Below are positions 10,844-22,896 of a stretch of 64,000 nucleotides of DNA, piece by piece. The position numbers and the translations under genes were made by a program. This stretch comes from an uncultured Veillonellaceae bacterium (GTDB lineage Bacteria; Bacillota; Negativicutes; JARBTT01): the NCBI GenBank assembly GCA_963805085.1, contig CAWDTA010000002.1, positions 2,016,001-2,080,000 of the forward strand, read 5' to 3'. How positions within the stretch are numbered: the stretch's first letter is position 1; each line of letters starts with the position of its first letter. The notes under the pieces are model-generated. The model saw only the letters and a list, made by a program, of their open reading frames with translations, ran no database searches and had not been told where the DNA came from.

Positions 10844-11494
10844 ATGACGACGAAATCAAAAGAAAATCTTTGTCTTACTTGTACGGACTGTGGGACAGCG
10901 AGCTGTAGCAAAGGAGACGGGCGGTATCCAGAGTTTTGTTTAACGACCCAGTTGACGGATAAAGAAATCGAAAAAATCGTAGATCTTTATAATAATGATG
11001 AAGAAGTACGCAAAATTGCCATTGCTGGGGCTGAAGTGGAGGGCGGATTCTATGGACAATATACAAGAGTCGAAGAAATTATGGAATTTGCCAGAAGAAT
11101 CGGCGCAAAAAAAATTGGTATCGCCACTTGTTCTGGACTAATGAATGAAAGCAGAATCTTTGCGAAAATTTTGAAAGTGCATGGTTTTGAAGTTTTTGGT
11201 GTAGCTTGCAAAATTGGTGCGATACCAAAAACGAAGATTAATATACAAGAAGAATATATTAGAACGCCGGGTGCAAGTGCCTGTAATCCAGTGATGCAAG
11301 CAAAACTGCTCAATAAAAATAAAACAGATTTAAATGTTGTTGTTGGACTTTGCGTGGGACATGACAGCCTGTTTTATAGATATTCCAAAGCAGTAACGAC
11401 CACTTTGGTTACAAAAGATAGAATCACTGGGCACAATCCAGTAGCAGCGCTTTATACGGCACAAAGTTACTATAAAAAATTATTAAGCGAATAA
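10844..11494 (+). CDS. DUF1847-family Cys-rich metal-binding protein
   Basis: TRVEEIMEFA..KKIGIATC, CNPVMQA, GLCVGHDSLF. Confidence 0.75.
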   Translation: MTTKSKENLCLTCTDCGTASCSKGDGRYPEFCLTTQLTDKEIEKIVDLYNNDEEVRKIAIAGAEVEGGFYGQYTRVEEIMEFARRIGAKKIGIATCSGLMNESRIFAKILKVHGFEVFGVACKIGAIPKTKINIQEEYIRTPGASACNPVMQAKLLNKNKTDLNVVVGLCVGHDSLFYRYSKAVTTTLVTKDRITGHNPVAALYTAQSYYKKLLSE

Positions 11495-11889
11495 AATCAT
11501 AGAACCAATTTTACTTAAAATTGTTAACAAAAAATTGTTAACCATTTTTTGTGCGATTTTCTTTACTAAGCTAGGTAAAAGGTGGTAATATTACTGTAAT
11601 TACAAAGGAAAAATAAAAAAATTAAAATTAATAAAAAACAAAAAATTTAAGGCTTTTTGCCATAGAAAATTAACTATAGTGTGAAAAAGTAGACTTAAAA
11701 GTTTAATATTATGCACTATTTTTCACAAATGCATAAATTATACTTATTTCTGTTTATTCTGAATTTAGCATAATTATGGTTTATGTAAAATAAATGTTTT
11801 ACTTATCGTAAAAAACAGTGTAAAATAATACATAACGGATGTAATAATTTACATACTATAGTTATCATAAATTTCTAGGGGGATTTTAA

Positions 11890-13176
<1,287 letters not shown>

Positions 13177-13187
13177 TAAGCTAGGAG

Positions 13188-13234
13188 ACAGCGTAAAGCA
13201 TAGAAGATACTTCCATGGCTTTGCGCTGTTTTTT
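13188..13234 (+). terminator. Intrinsic terminator after eno
   Basis: ACAGCGTAAAGC...GCTTTGCGCTGT followed by a T-tract. Confidence 0.7.
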
Positions 13235-13372
13235 TGCAGTTACTAAACTATATAAAGATAAGCAATTTTTGTCTTGGGTAACATGTTACGTGAGACTTAA
13301 ATATATAATATTTTTATGGTGATTTACATCTCTAAGGCTTAAAAAAATTTAGTAATAGGGTAGGGATTTTGA

Positions 13373-14785
13373 ATGCTAAAGAAAACAAAAATCGTTTGTA
13401 CAATGGGGCCTAGTGTTGAAAGACAAGGTGTTCTTGATGGTTTAATCGAAAATGGTATGAATGTAGCACGTTTTAATTTCTCTCATGGAACACATGAAGA
13501 GCAAGGCGAGCGTATGAAAGCAGTAAGAGCAGCAGCGAAAAAAGCTGGTAAAGTTATTTCTATGATGCTTGATACTAAAGGACCCGAAATGCGTCTTGGT
13601 AAATTTGCAGCAGGTAAAGTGCAATTAGTAGAAGGTAAAAAATTTACTTTAACTTATGAAGATACGGATGGCGATGAAACTCATGCTTCTGTTAGTCATA
13701 AGGCACTTTATAAAGAAGTAAAACCGGATGATATTATCTTACTTTCTGATGGTCTGGTTAGTTTGCATGTGGATGAAATCGTTGGCAAGGATATCGTTAC
13801 GACTGTTTTAAATAGTGGTCAAATGGGAAATTTAAAACGTGTTGCTGCTCCGGGTGTATCCGTTAGCTTACCGCCAATCTCTGATCGCGATGTACAAGAC
13901 ATCCTTTTTGGTATTAGTCAAGATATGGACTTTATTGCAGCTTCCTTTATCCAACGTGCTGCGGATGTTCATACAATTCGTAAATTGATCAAAGAAAACG
14001 GCGGGCATATGGAAATCATCCCTAAAATCGAAAATATGGAAGGCGTAAACAATATCGATTCCATTATCGAAGCTTCTGATGGTATCATGGTTGCTCGTGG
14101 TGACCTTGGTGTTGAAATCCCAGCAGAAGATGTTCCATTGATCCAAAAAATGATCATCGATAAATGTAATAAAGTTGGTAAACCAGTTATTGTTGCAACA
14201 CAAATGTTGGAATCAATGATTACGAACCCTCGTCCAACAAGAGCAGAAGCAAGTGACGTTGCTAACGCAATTCTTGATGGTACGGATGCAATTATGTTAA
14301 GTGGTGAAACTGCTAGCGGTGACTATCCTGTTGAAGCAGTTCAAACCATGAATAAAATTGCGCAACGTATTGAAGCATCCTTAAAATACAAGAAAATGTA
14401 TATGAATAAAGGTTTTGAACTTCAAGAATCCACTACTTCCGCAATTGCACATGCGACAGTACAAATGGCTTATGAATTAGACGCAGCTGCAATTATCACA
14501 CCAACACAAAGCGGTTACACGACAAAAGTTGTTTCAAAATACCGTCCAAAAGCAGCAATTGTAGCGTTCTCTGAAGATGAAGTGATTGCTCGTCATCTAA
14601 ACTTACGCTGGGGTGTATATTCCATCGTTGGTAAACCATGGCATAGTGTAGATGAAATGATTTCTAGTGCAACACAAAGTGCAGTGAAAGAAAACTATGT
14701 GAAAAATGGTGATATCACTGTTATTACTTCAGGTATTACTTATGGACAAGGTAATACTAGCATGATTCGCGTATACACTATCTAA
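13373..14785 (+). CDS. pyk: Pyruvate kinase
   Basis: KTKIVCTMGP, RFNFSHG, MVARGDLGVE, DAIMLSGETA. Confidence 0.98.
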   Translation: MLKKTKIVCTMGPSVERQGVLDGLIENGMNVARFNFSHGTHEEQGERMKAVRAAAKKAGKVISMMLDTKGPEMRLGKFAAGKVQLVEGKKFTLTYEDTDGDETHASVSHKALYKEVKPDDIILLSDGLVSLHVDEIVGKDIVTTVLNSGQMGNLKRVAAPGVSVSLPPISDRDVQDILFGISQDMDFIAASFIQRAADVHTIRKLIKENGGHMEIIPKIENMEGVNNIDSIIEASDGIMVARGDLGVEIPAEDVPLIQKMIIDKCNKVGKPVIVATQMLESMITNPRPTRAEASDVANAILDGTDAIMLSGETASGDYPVEAVQTMNKIAQRIEASLKYKKMYMNKGFELQESTTSAIAHATVQMAYELDAAAIITPTQSGYTTKVVSKYRPKAAIVAFSEDEVIARHLNLRWGVYSIVGKPWHSVDEMISSATQSAVKENYVKNGDITVITSGITYGQGNTSMIRVYTI

Positions 14786-14973
14786 AACTTTAAATACGAG
14801 GACAGACAGGTGTCGGGCAGGCGATAAGCACTCATCTGCGTTGTTGCATAAATGTGCCTAGCAGCTAAGTACTTCTCAACAGCCGGCAACCTATCTTCGT
14901 ACTAGTTTAGAAGTGGTACGAAGATAGAAAAAAATTCTTTATTCGTACAACGTTTATTTGTTTACATGATGGG

Positions 14974-15005
14974 ATAGACTGTTGCTAAGGCAACAGTCTA
15001 TTTTT
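14974..15005 (+). terminator. Intrinsic terminator after pyk
   Basis: ATAGACTGTTGC-TAAG-GCAACAGTCTAT-TTTT. Confidence 0.75.
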
Positions 15006-15084
15006 ATCTTTGCTTTTCTTGCGAAGGTGAGATGGTTTATGGTATTATAGTATGTAATATATTTATTTAAGGAGGTGCGTAATC

Positions 15085-15315
15085 TTGATCCAAGCATTAA
15101 TGATATTAGATGCTGTTGTTTGTATCGCGCTTATTGCATCCGTTGTCTTGCAATCAAGTAAAAGTTCAGGTATGGGCGGTTCGATCTCTGGTGGCGCGGA
15201 TGCGGTTTTCGGTGGTAAAGCCAAAGGTCTTGATGCTTTCTTAATTAGAGTAACAATGATCTTGGCAGCACTATTTGGAATTATTACATTACTAATCGCA
15301 AAATTATCGATATAA
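15085..15315 (+). CDS. secG: Preprotein translocase subunit SecG
   Basis: Two TMs around LQSSKSSGMGGSISGGA. Conserved position upstream of esterase-rnr-smpB. Confidence 0.93.
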   Translation: MIQALMILDAVVCIALIASVVLQSSKSSGMGGSISGGADAVFGGKAKGLDAFLIRVTMILAALFGIITLLIAKLSI

Positions 15316-15594
15316 TGAAATAATGTAGCTGTTAACGCTTTAGTTTTACCTCGTGTAGAAATTAGAGCGTTTTTGGTATTTATAGGGCTTAAAATGGAGT
15401 ATTGCAAGTAAATAATTTTGTAATGCTCCATTTTAATTTAAAAAGTTTATTTTTACATTATTTTGTAGTTTTTTTGTTGGATAAATTGCATAAACTACAT
15501 ATAAGATAGAATCACATATAAGAAAAATTTTCTAATTTCATAAATAGATAGTATAATAGAAATAAAGTTGATTTTGGGGCCGGAGGTAGCAGGA

Positions 15595-16344
15595 TTGGCA
15601 GCAATATTAGATGGAGCAGAACCATTCATATTATTTGGAGATAAACGAGGCGTTTTATTGGTGCATGGGTTTACTGGAACGCCAGCGGAAATGTTTTTGC
15701 TAGGAAAGCACCTAAACGAACAAGGGTATACGGTACTTGCTCCGAGATTGTGTGGACATGGGACAAACCTTGAGGAAATGGCAAAAACAGATTGGGAAAA
15801 TTGGTATCATTCAGTCTGTGATGGCTATCATTTGCTAAAAAATATTTGCGATGAAGTAGACGTTGTTGGGCTATCAATGGGGGGCATCCTTTCCCTAAAA
15901 CTTGCAATGGAGTACGAAGTAAATACGGTAGTGACACTCAGTGCGCCGATCCATGTAGCCAATCGAGGGGTTGAGCTATTACCACCAATCGAAGAATGTA
16001 CTGGTAAGTATGTACCCAAAAAACGACGTAAATTTACCGATGTCGCACAGCAATATTGCATTACCTATGATCGCACTCCCATTGTCTGTGTGCATCATTT
16101 GCTCAATGTGATCAAATCAGTTTCAGCAGACTTAGGTAATTTAAAGAATCAAGTATTAATCGTGCAAAGTACAAACGATCATACTGTAGTCGCAGATAGC
16201 GCAACTTTTATTTATGATCATGTTGGTAGTGAAAAGAAAGAACTCTTTTGGTTAAATGAGTCAGGACATTTGGTCACCTTAGATATGGAAAAAGAAAAGG
16301 TATTTGAAAAAATAGTAAACTTTCTTAAAGAATCAGTAAAATAG
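15595..16344 (+). CDS. Alpha/beta-fold carboxylesterase (YvaK-like)
   Basis: HGFTG and GLSMGG nucleophile elbow, SGH. Lies between secG and rnr. SD GGAGG precedes TTG 15595. Confidence 0.88.
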   Translation: MAAILDGAEPFILFGDKRGVLLVHGFTGTPAEMFLLGKHLNEQGYTVLAPRLCGHGTNLEEMAKTDWENWYHSVCDGYHLLKNICDEVDVVGLSMGGILSLKLAMEYEVNTVVTLSAPIHVANRGVELLPPIEECTGKYVPKKRRKFTDVAQQYCITYDRTPIVCVHHLLNVIKSVSADLGNLKNQVLIVQSTNDHTVVADSATFIYDHVGSEKKELFWLNESGHLVTLDMEKEKVFEKIVNFLKESVK

Positions 16345-16370
16345 AATCAAGGGTAATGGAGGAAGTTCTT

Positions 16371-18728
16371 ATGTTAAAAGAAAAAATCTTAGACTATATG
16401 CGCAATGAGACGTATAAACCTTTGACGGCGGAAGATTTAGCGGAAGGTTTAGAGCTGACTGGTGATGACCTAAAAGAGTTTTGGGGTCTCTTGGACGAGC
16501 TCGAGCAAAATGCTGACATTATTAAAACGCGTCATGATAAATATGGCACACCAGAACGGATGAACTTGGTCGTAGGTAGAATGAGTATGACCAGCAAAGG
16601 GTTTGGCTTTGTTATCCCCGAAGTTCGTCAAACACCAGAGGAAAGTGATGTGTTTATTCCAATCGCCCTTATGTTAAGTGCGATGAATAACGATCGGGTT
16701 GTTGCTAGAGTGAATCGTATGGGTGGTACGGGAAAAACACGTGAAGGTGAAATCATCCGCGTTGTTAAACGGGCCAATACGAAAATCGTTGGTACCTTTG
16801 AAAATAGTAAAAGCTTTGGCTTTGTTGTACCAGATGATACAAAAATCGCCCAAGATATCTTTATTAGTAGAGATAACTTTCTAGGTGCAAAAATCGGGGC
16901 AAAAGTAGTGGTGGAGATTACAAAATGGCCAGAACCCCGCCGTAATGCCGAGGGAAAGATCATCGAAGTTCTCGGTTATGTGGGCGATCCAGGTCTTGAT
17001 ATATTATCCGTCATCAAAAAACATGATTTACCGATGGAATTTCCTGCGGCAGTAGAAGATGCGGCCAATCACACACCAACGGTGATTAGTCCAGCGGAAA
17101 TTGAAGGTAGACATGATTTACGCGATTTTAAAATCGTGACCATTGATGGTGATGATGCGAAGGATTTGGATGATGGTGTTTATGTAGAAAAACGTGCAAA
17201 CAATACCTTCTTCCTCAGCGTGCATATTGCCGATGTTAGTTATTATGTGCGCGAAAATATGCCACTTGATGAGGAAGCATATGCCCGCGGCACTAGTATT
17301 TACTTAGTAGACCGTGTATTGCCGATGTTGCCACCACGTCTCTCTAATGGCATTTGTAGCTTAAATGAAGGCGAAGATCGCCTAGCAATGTCGATTGAGA
17401 TGGAAATCGATGCAAGTGGTAAAGTTACTAGACATGAAATTTTCCCAAGTGTAATCAAAGTATATCGTCGTTTGACGTACAATATCGTAAGGAAGATACT
17501 CGTAGATAAAGAAGAAGATCTTCGCAAAGATAATGAAGATATCCTAGAAGAGCTAGAAGATATGGAAGCGCTTTGCCACGTTCTTAGAAAACGTCGCATG
17601 AATCGCGGTGCGATTGACTTTGACTTCCCAGAAATAAAAGTAAAATTAGATAGTGAAGGCAAACCAATAAAATTAGTTAAACGCGTTCGTTCTTTATCTG
17701 AGTCGATTATCGAAGAATGTATGCTCGTTGCCAACGAAACAGTGGCAGAGCATATGTCAAAACTAAAAGTGCCATTTATCTATCGGGTGCATGAAGAGCC
17801 AGATGCCGCTAAGTTAGAAAAATTGAATGCACTCTTAGCGACCTTTGGACAACATGTGATCAAAAAACAAGACGAGGACATCGATCCCGCTTTATTGCAA
17901 AAAGTATTAAAAGAAGTAGCTGGACGCCCCGAAGAGCGGATTATCAGTACGGTCATGTTACGTTCCTTAAAACAGGCACGTTACGAAGCGCAAAACCTCG
18001 GTCACTTTGGCCTTGCGGCAGAGTTCTACACCCATTTTACTTCACCAATTCGTCGTTATCCTGACTTAATCGTTCATCGTTTATTACGTGAAACCTTTAA
18101 AACAGGAACAATCCCGCAAAAACGCCAAGATAAATTCAAAACGATTTTACCGCAGATTGCGGTGCATACCTCGGCGCGTGAACGTTTGGCTGCGGAAGCT
18201 GAACGCGAAACTGTTGATATGAAGAAAATCGAATACATGGCACAATTTATTGGGGAAGAATTTGATGGTATTATCAATGGTGTTACTGCCTTCGGTATTT
18301 TCATTGAACTTGAAAATGGCGTAGAAGGCTTAGTCCGTGTATCGAGTATGGAAGATGACTATTATCAATATGTGGAAGAGCAATATGCGCTGATCGGTGA
18401 ACGGACGAAAAAAGTGTATCGTCTCGGTGAACCAGCACGCGTTATCCTAACGCAAGCAAATGTTGAAACACGCACGATTGATTTCATTTTAGCGGATAAT
18501 GGAACCTATATTCCGATGCCGATTGTTCAAAAGCCAAAATTTGTGTTCAAAGAAGGCCAAGAAAAACCAAATGATAAGAACCCAAAATTAAAAACGACGG
18601 ATAAGCAGCAAGGTGATAAATACTATAATAAATTTAAAAATAAATCGAAATCTAAGAAAAAAACGGTACAGGCACATCCAGTAAAAGCAAAATCTAAAAC
18701 GAAAACAAAACATAAAAATAAAGTATAA
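16371..18728 (+). CDS. rnr: Ribonuclease R
   Basis: TIDGDDAKDLDD, HFTSPIRRYPDL, S1 domain and Lys-rich tail. Confidence 0.97.
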   Translation: MLKEKILDYMRNETYKPLTAEDLAEGLELTGDDLKEFWGLLDELEQNADIIKTRHDKYGTPERMNLVVGRMSMTSKGFGFVIPEVRQTPEESDVFIPIALMLSAMNNDRVVARVNRMGGTGKTREGEIIRVVKRANTKIVGTFENSKSFGFVVPDDTKIAQDIFISRDNFLGAKIGAKVVVEITKWPEPRRNAEGKIIEVLGYVGDPGLDILSVIKKHDLPMEFPAAVEDAANHTPTVISPAEIEGRHDLRDFKIVTIDGDDAKDLDDGVYVEKRANNTFFLSVHIADVSYYVRENMPLDEEAYARGTSIYLVDRVLPMLPPRLSNGICSLNEGEDRLAMSIEMEIDASGKVTRHEIFPSVIKVYRRLTYNIVRKILVDKEEDLRKDNEDILEELEDMEALCHVLRKRRMNRGAIDFDFPEIKVKLDSEGKPIKLVKRVRSLSESIIEECMLVANETVAEHMSKLKVPFIYRVHEEPDAAKLEKLNALLATFGQHVIKKQDEDIDPALLQKVLKEVAGRPEERIISTVMLRSLKQARYEAQNLGHFGLAAEFYTHFTSPIRRYPDLIVHRLLRETFKTGTIPQKRQDKFKTILPQIAVHTSARERLAAEAERETVDMKKIEYMAQFIGEEFDGIINGVTAFGIFIELENGVEGLVRVSSMEDDYYQYVEEQYALIGERTKKVYRLGEPARVILTQANVETRTIDFILADNGTYIPMPIVQKPKFVFKEGQEKPNDKNPKLKTTDKQQGDKYYNKFKNKSKSKKKTVQAHPVKAKSKTKTKHKNKV

Positions 18729-18940
18729 GAGCATTTAAAGAATAGATGAAATGCAATGAAAATCAACAAGTCGGCAAGAGACGAATCTATAGATTGTGCT
18801 GATTCATAGACCGCAATGAAGGCTAAACTCCCTGCGGTCAAACAGAAAGCCTTCAAAGCTACGTGGTAGTAAGGATTCGTCTGTGTTGCCTTTATTGAAC
18901 GATTTTCTTTTGCATCTCATCTATATTTAAGTGTTTATAG
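18724..18940. repeat. ~215-bp imperfect fold-back element (MITE-like)
   Basis: Outer arms ATAGATGAAATGCAATGAAAATC / GATTTTCTTTTGCATCTCATCTAT and inner arms GGCAAGAGACGAATC / GATTCGTCTGTGTTGCC. Confidence 0.6.
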
Positions 18941-19042
18941 TTTGGTCTAAAGAGTAACAAAAATGAGATTTATTTGCTGCGAAAATACATATTTGTTATA
19001 ATGGACGTAAAGTTAGGTGCAATGCACCGCTGAGGTGAGAAA

Positions 19043-19519
19043 ATGGGAAAAGCAAATGAAGGCATAAAGATTGCATCAGAAAATCGTAAAGCAAGACATG
19101 ATTATCATATTCATGAGGCTTTTGAAACAGGCATGGTATTGACCGGAACAGAAGTAAAATCCCTGAGAGCCGGTAAAGCCAATTTAAAAGATAGTTACGC
19201 AAACATCAGAGAGGGCGAAGTATATTTATATAACATGCATATCAGTCCGTATGAAGAAGGCAATCAATTTAACCACGAACCACTTCGTCCGCGTAAACTA
19301 TTGATGCATAAATCGGAAATCGTCAAACTGTTTAGTCAAACTCGGGAAAAAGGGTTTACGCTAATACCGCTGAAGATATATTTCAAACATGGTATGGCGA
19401 AACTAGAACTGGGTCTTGCTAGTGGTAAGAAAAACTATGACAAGCGTCAGGATTTAGCTGACCGCGATGCAAAACGTGAAGTCGATCGTGCGCTAAAAGA
19501 CAGACAACGTGACTATTAA
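19043..19519 (+). CDS. smpB: SsrA-binding protein
   Basis: [34 protein letters not shown]. Confidence 0.98.
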   Translation: MGKANEGIKIASENRKARHDYHIHEAFETGMVLTGTEVKSLRAGKANLKDSYANIREGEVYLYNMHISPYEEGNQFNHEPLRPRKLLMHKSEIVKLFSQTREKGFTLIPLKIYFKHGMAKLELGLASGKKNYDKRQDLADRDAKREVDRALKDRQRDY

Positions 19520-19620
19520 AAAATGCTAGAATGACAGTATCAACCAATTGTATTTTGATACTCTTTGTGTTATACTATCAGTTACGGTACAGAAAAATGA
19601 TACCGTCAACTACTTTAATC

Positions 19621-19974
19621 GGGGGCGTAATGGTTTCGACGGGGGTAGGTGTAGCATAGGTAGCGAGTCGGGGGTTCATCAACCCGTTAGTAAGGTGAAA
19701 CTTTTATTTAAATATAAAAGCAAACAACGAATACGCTTTAGCAGCTTAATGCTAACCTCTTTCTGACCTAATCCTGCGGGGTTGGAAAAGAGGTCAATTA
19801 GCGGGATACCTGATAGCCAATTCTCGGAGGCTTGACTGGGAAATATATCGAGATAGTATCTGCGAAGCCTGCTTGTGGGCGTCAACGATGTGAATTTCAA
19901 AGCACAAGAAGCACTCGGAGAACCCTATGAGACAATGCTTTCGGACAGGAGTTCGATTCTCCTCGCCTCCACCA
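19621..19974 (+). ncRNA. ssrA: tmRNA, tag peptide (A)ANNEYALAA at 19720-19749
   Basis: 5' GGGGGCGTAATGGTTTCGAC, 3' GGAGTTCGATTCTCCTCGCCTCCACCA, internal GCA AAC AAC GAA TAC GCT TTA GCA GCT TAA. Directly downstream of smpB. Confidence 0.97.
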
Positions 19975-19995
19975 ATTAAATACTGAAATAAATTG

Positions 19996-20020
19996 AACCC
20001 GCGAATTTCGCGGGTTTTTT
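19996..20020 (+). terminator. tmRNA terminator
   Basis: AACCCGCGAA-T-TTCGCGGGTT-TTTT. Confidence 0.8.
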
Positions 20021-20478
20021 GCTGTGCTTTTTTGTAGGTATCTGTTATTTAATGCATAATGTGACTTAAACAGTAGTACCATGCCCGCTTTTAGTTCATC
20101 ACAGATGGAAAATACAGTCTTGTGGCTGTTTTTTACAAGAATCGTTGCCGTCTCCCGATTCGTTCTATTCATTGAATACGAGAAATAGTTAAAATCATTC
20201 GTCTACTTACCCATCGAACTTTGATTACAAATAAATGAAAAAATGTCATATGTTAGAAGGAAATTATTTTGATATAGCGAATGTAAAGAGTTAAGTTGAT
20301 TTTTTCAATATGATACGTGCTAAGATGTTTGCTCCTTGGCGTAACGTAAATAATGGACTACCATAAATTGGGCTTAGAAGGGATAAAACACGGAACATGT
20401 CCTCATTTTTTATTCAGGGATCTATTTCAATTGTAATCATAAGTTGACAAATCATGATTTCAGAAGGAGTGATCACCA

Positions 20479-22023
20479 TTGTCATGGAAAAAAGTTTTAG
20501 CAGCGAGTCTAATTGCTGCCGCATTGTCATCAGGAGTACAGGCGTCACCGTCTGATTGGGTCTCGCCCAATGTACCGCTGTCGAGTCCACTTTACGGCTA
20601 TATTGAAAAATTCGATGGTTTAGGATATCTCACGTCTATGACAACAGGAACTAAGCCCTATACTCGGATGCAGATGGCTAAATGGGTGACCGAAATTCAG
20701 GCCGAGTCTTCAAAGCGTCCACTGCCGGAGTATCTTTTCGGCATCAAGAAAGAAATGGAACGTGACCTACAGTCGGAGTTAAAGGTGTTGACCGGAGACA
20801 AAGCGGACGTTTCTTTGTCATTAAAAGAAGTTCGTTTAGAGGCGGCCTCCTATACCGGCGATTCGTTACGGTACAGAGCAAATACCAATAGTGGTCCTAT
20901 GGCAGGGTATCAACCTCTTAATGTCAATAATAACGGTTACCGGTATGGAAGTCATGGAAATTTGATAACATCGGCCTGGCTTGCCGGCAAGGTTGGTGAA
21001 AATACGGTAGTGGCTGTGGAGCCGCGTATGAGTTATGATCCTGACCAACATGCCGATGCCGATTTGATTTCCGGATATGTTAAGACAAGAATCAATGGTA
21101 CGGCGATTCAAGTTGGCAAGGATCCGATTTTTTGGGGACACAGTGAAACCGGGTCGCTGATTCTGGGCAATAATATGGAAGCATTGACGTCGATAAAATT
21201 TTCTAATCTGGAACCGTATACTACCCGAGGCTTTCTTCGATTTTTAGGAGAAATGAACTTTACTGGCCTATACAGTGAGTTGGAAAACGACAGAACCCGG
21301 TTAACTTCCAACGAAGTGGACAAGCCTTCCTTTGTCGCTCTGCGCGCTGACTTTACACCAAAGCGAAATGTTACATTAGGACTATCTTTTGCATCTATGG
21401 TGGGTGGAAAAGGCAAAGGGCTGAGCCAGGGTGATTATTGGGATTGGCTGTTGGGATGCAATGCAGATGCCGCACAGGACAAGTGGAATACGATCGCCGG
21501 TCTTGACTTCAAAGTACGAATGCCGCAGTGGGGCGGCGTACAAGTTTATGGCGAATTATACGGTGAGGATCAGTCTAATTATATGCCGTCAAAACCAGCC
21601 GAACGGGGTGGCGTTTATATCCCGCGCTTGAGTAAGGATGGTTCATGGGATATGCGGCTGGAATATGCTCATACAAGTGATTCTTGGTATACACATCAGC
21701 TTTATACCAGCGGATACGTTTACGAGGGGAATATCATCGGTGATCCGATGGGGCATGATGCTAAGCAGTTTTTTGTAAAAGTCGGTCATTATTTGGATAA
21801 GAACACTCAACTTTCGCTGAATGTCAACCAGGTTACGATGGAGCAGAGCATGCCTGTCAAGCAAGTGGTCAACTCCTACTGGTTAGGGTATCAGACTCAG
21901 CTTCGGAAGGGAGTATTTCTTGATGGCTCCTTGGGAATCTCTAGGGTAAGCAATGCCAATTTTACTAATGGGCATGACGATACCGATCACTTTGTTAGCG
22001 TGACTTTGCGTAGGATGTATTGA
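20479..22023 (+). CDS. Capsule assembly Wzi-family outer-membrane protein
   Basis: Signal peptide, TKPYTRMQ helical N-domain, GKDPIFWG...GSLILGNN, YGELYGED, alternating beta-strand C-terminus. Confidence 0.75.
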   Translation: MSWKKVLAASLIAAALSSGVQASPSDWVSPNVPLSSPLYGYIEKFDGLGYLTSMTTGTKPYTRMQMAKWVTEIQAESSKRPLPEYLFGIKKEMERDLQSELKVLTGDKADVSLSLKEVRLEAASYTGDSLRYRANTNSGPMAGYQPLNVNNNGYRYGSHGNLITSAWLAGKVGENTVVAVEPRMSYDPDQHADADLISGYVKTRINGTAIQVGKDPIFWGHSETGSLILGNNMEALTSIKFSNLEPYTTRGFLRFLGEMNFTGLYSELENDRTRLTSNEVDKPSFVALRADFTPKRNVTLGLSFASMVGGKGKGLSQGDYWDWLLGCNADAAQDKWNTIAGLDFKVRMPQWGGVQVYGELYGEDQSNYMPSKPAERGGVYIPRLSKDGSWDMRLEYAHTSDSWYTHQLYTSGYVYEGNIIGDPMGHDAKQFFVKVGHYLDKNTQLSLNVNQVTMEQSMPVKQVVNSYWLGYQTQLRKGVFLDGSLGISRVSNANFTNGHDDTDHFVSVTLRRMY

Positions 22024-22155
22024 TCTTTTCGGGTATATAATGAAACACATCCTACAAATGAGTCAAGTGACGATTTTATAACTCATTAAATGGGCGTATA
22101 ATATCTTGACGAATATACCAATTTATGCTATTGTGAACTCATAAAATTATTGTTT

Positions 22156-22196
22156 AGGCAATGAAGCCTCTCCTGTTTAAAGGGGAGGCTTTTTGT
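22156..22196 (+). promoter_or_regulatory. Leader terminator overlapped by an ANTAR-like hairpin
   Basis: The AGGC-AATGAA-GCCT hexaloop hairpin overlaps the 5' arm of terminator AAGCCTCTCCT/AGGGGAGGCTT-TTT. It lies downstream of a TTGACG promoter and upstream of the ORF at 22228. Confidence 0.4.
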
Positions 22197-22227
22197 TTTT
22201 TGTCTTAATAGAAAAGGAATAAATTTT

Positions 22228-22593
22228 ATGCAACAAGATATTAATTTAGCACTTTGTTATGATAAAAATACAATATATATAGTTGGTAATGCTAAAACAC
22301 AACAGAGTAATCCCATTACTATTCAATATGGACAATTTTTTATCGGTTTTGTTATTAATAAAGAAAATGGCATAATTATTGATTGCGATGTCTCATCGAC
22401 CATCAATACAACAGCTAAATTTATTCGTAGCTTGCTTATCGGTAAAAACATGAGGGATAATTCAGAAGTAATTAAGCAAGAACTTGAAAGTCGTTATTTT
22501 GCATCATCACAAAAGGCGATTTTAGTAGCCTATAAAGATGCTCAAAAAAAGTTTATCTGCTTTCAAAAAGGTGGACAAATAGAGTTATCGTAG
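22228..22593 (+). CDS. DUF3870-family protein
   Basis: IYIVGNAK...NPITIQY...F.RSLL.G...RYFASSQKAILVAYKDA pattern. Confidence 0.7.
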   Translation: MQQDINLALCYDKNTIYIVGNAKTQQSNPITIQYGQFFIGFVINKENGIIIDCDVSSTINTTAKFIRSLLIGKNMRDNSEVIKQELESRYFASSQKAILVAYKDAQKKFICFQKGGQIELS

Positions 22594-22896
22594 TAAGTTT
22601 AAATATTATGATAAATTTTCTATTCTGGTATAGAATGTTTCTGTATTGTGATGAATACCATATATCGTATGATTGCTATGTAGTTTATGCTGCTTTGTTC
22701 ACACATATGTTTGCTTATAAACAAGCGTAGAAGTAAATGAAATCCAGCAAGATAAGCTCTCCTAAGGGGATCTGTCTTGCTGGATTTTTATTATTTACGA
22801 CAGATTAATTTATTTTACTATTAAATTTAGGGAGTGATAAGATGACGGAATTGTGGGACTTAAAAAAGTAACGAAAAAGAAGGAGGAACTTGTACT

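Noticed and set aside
19548-20172. ORFs 19548-19766, 19679-19900 and 19897-20172
   Set aside because: They overlap the tmRNA and are shadow ORFs.
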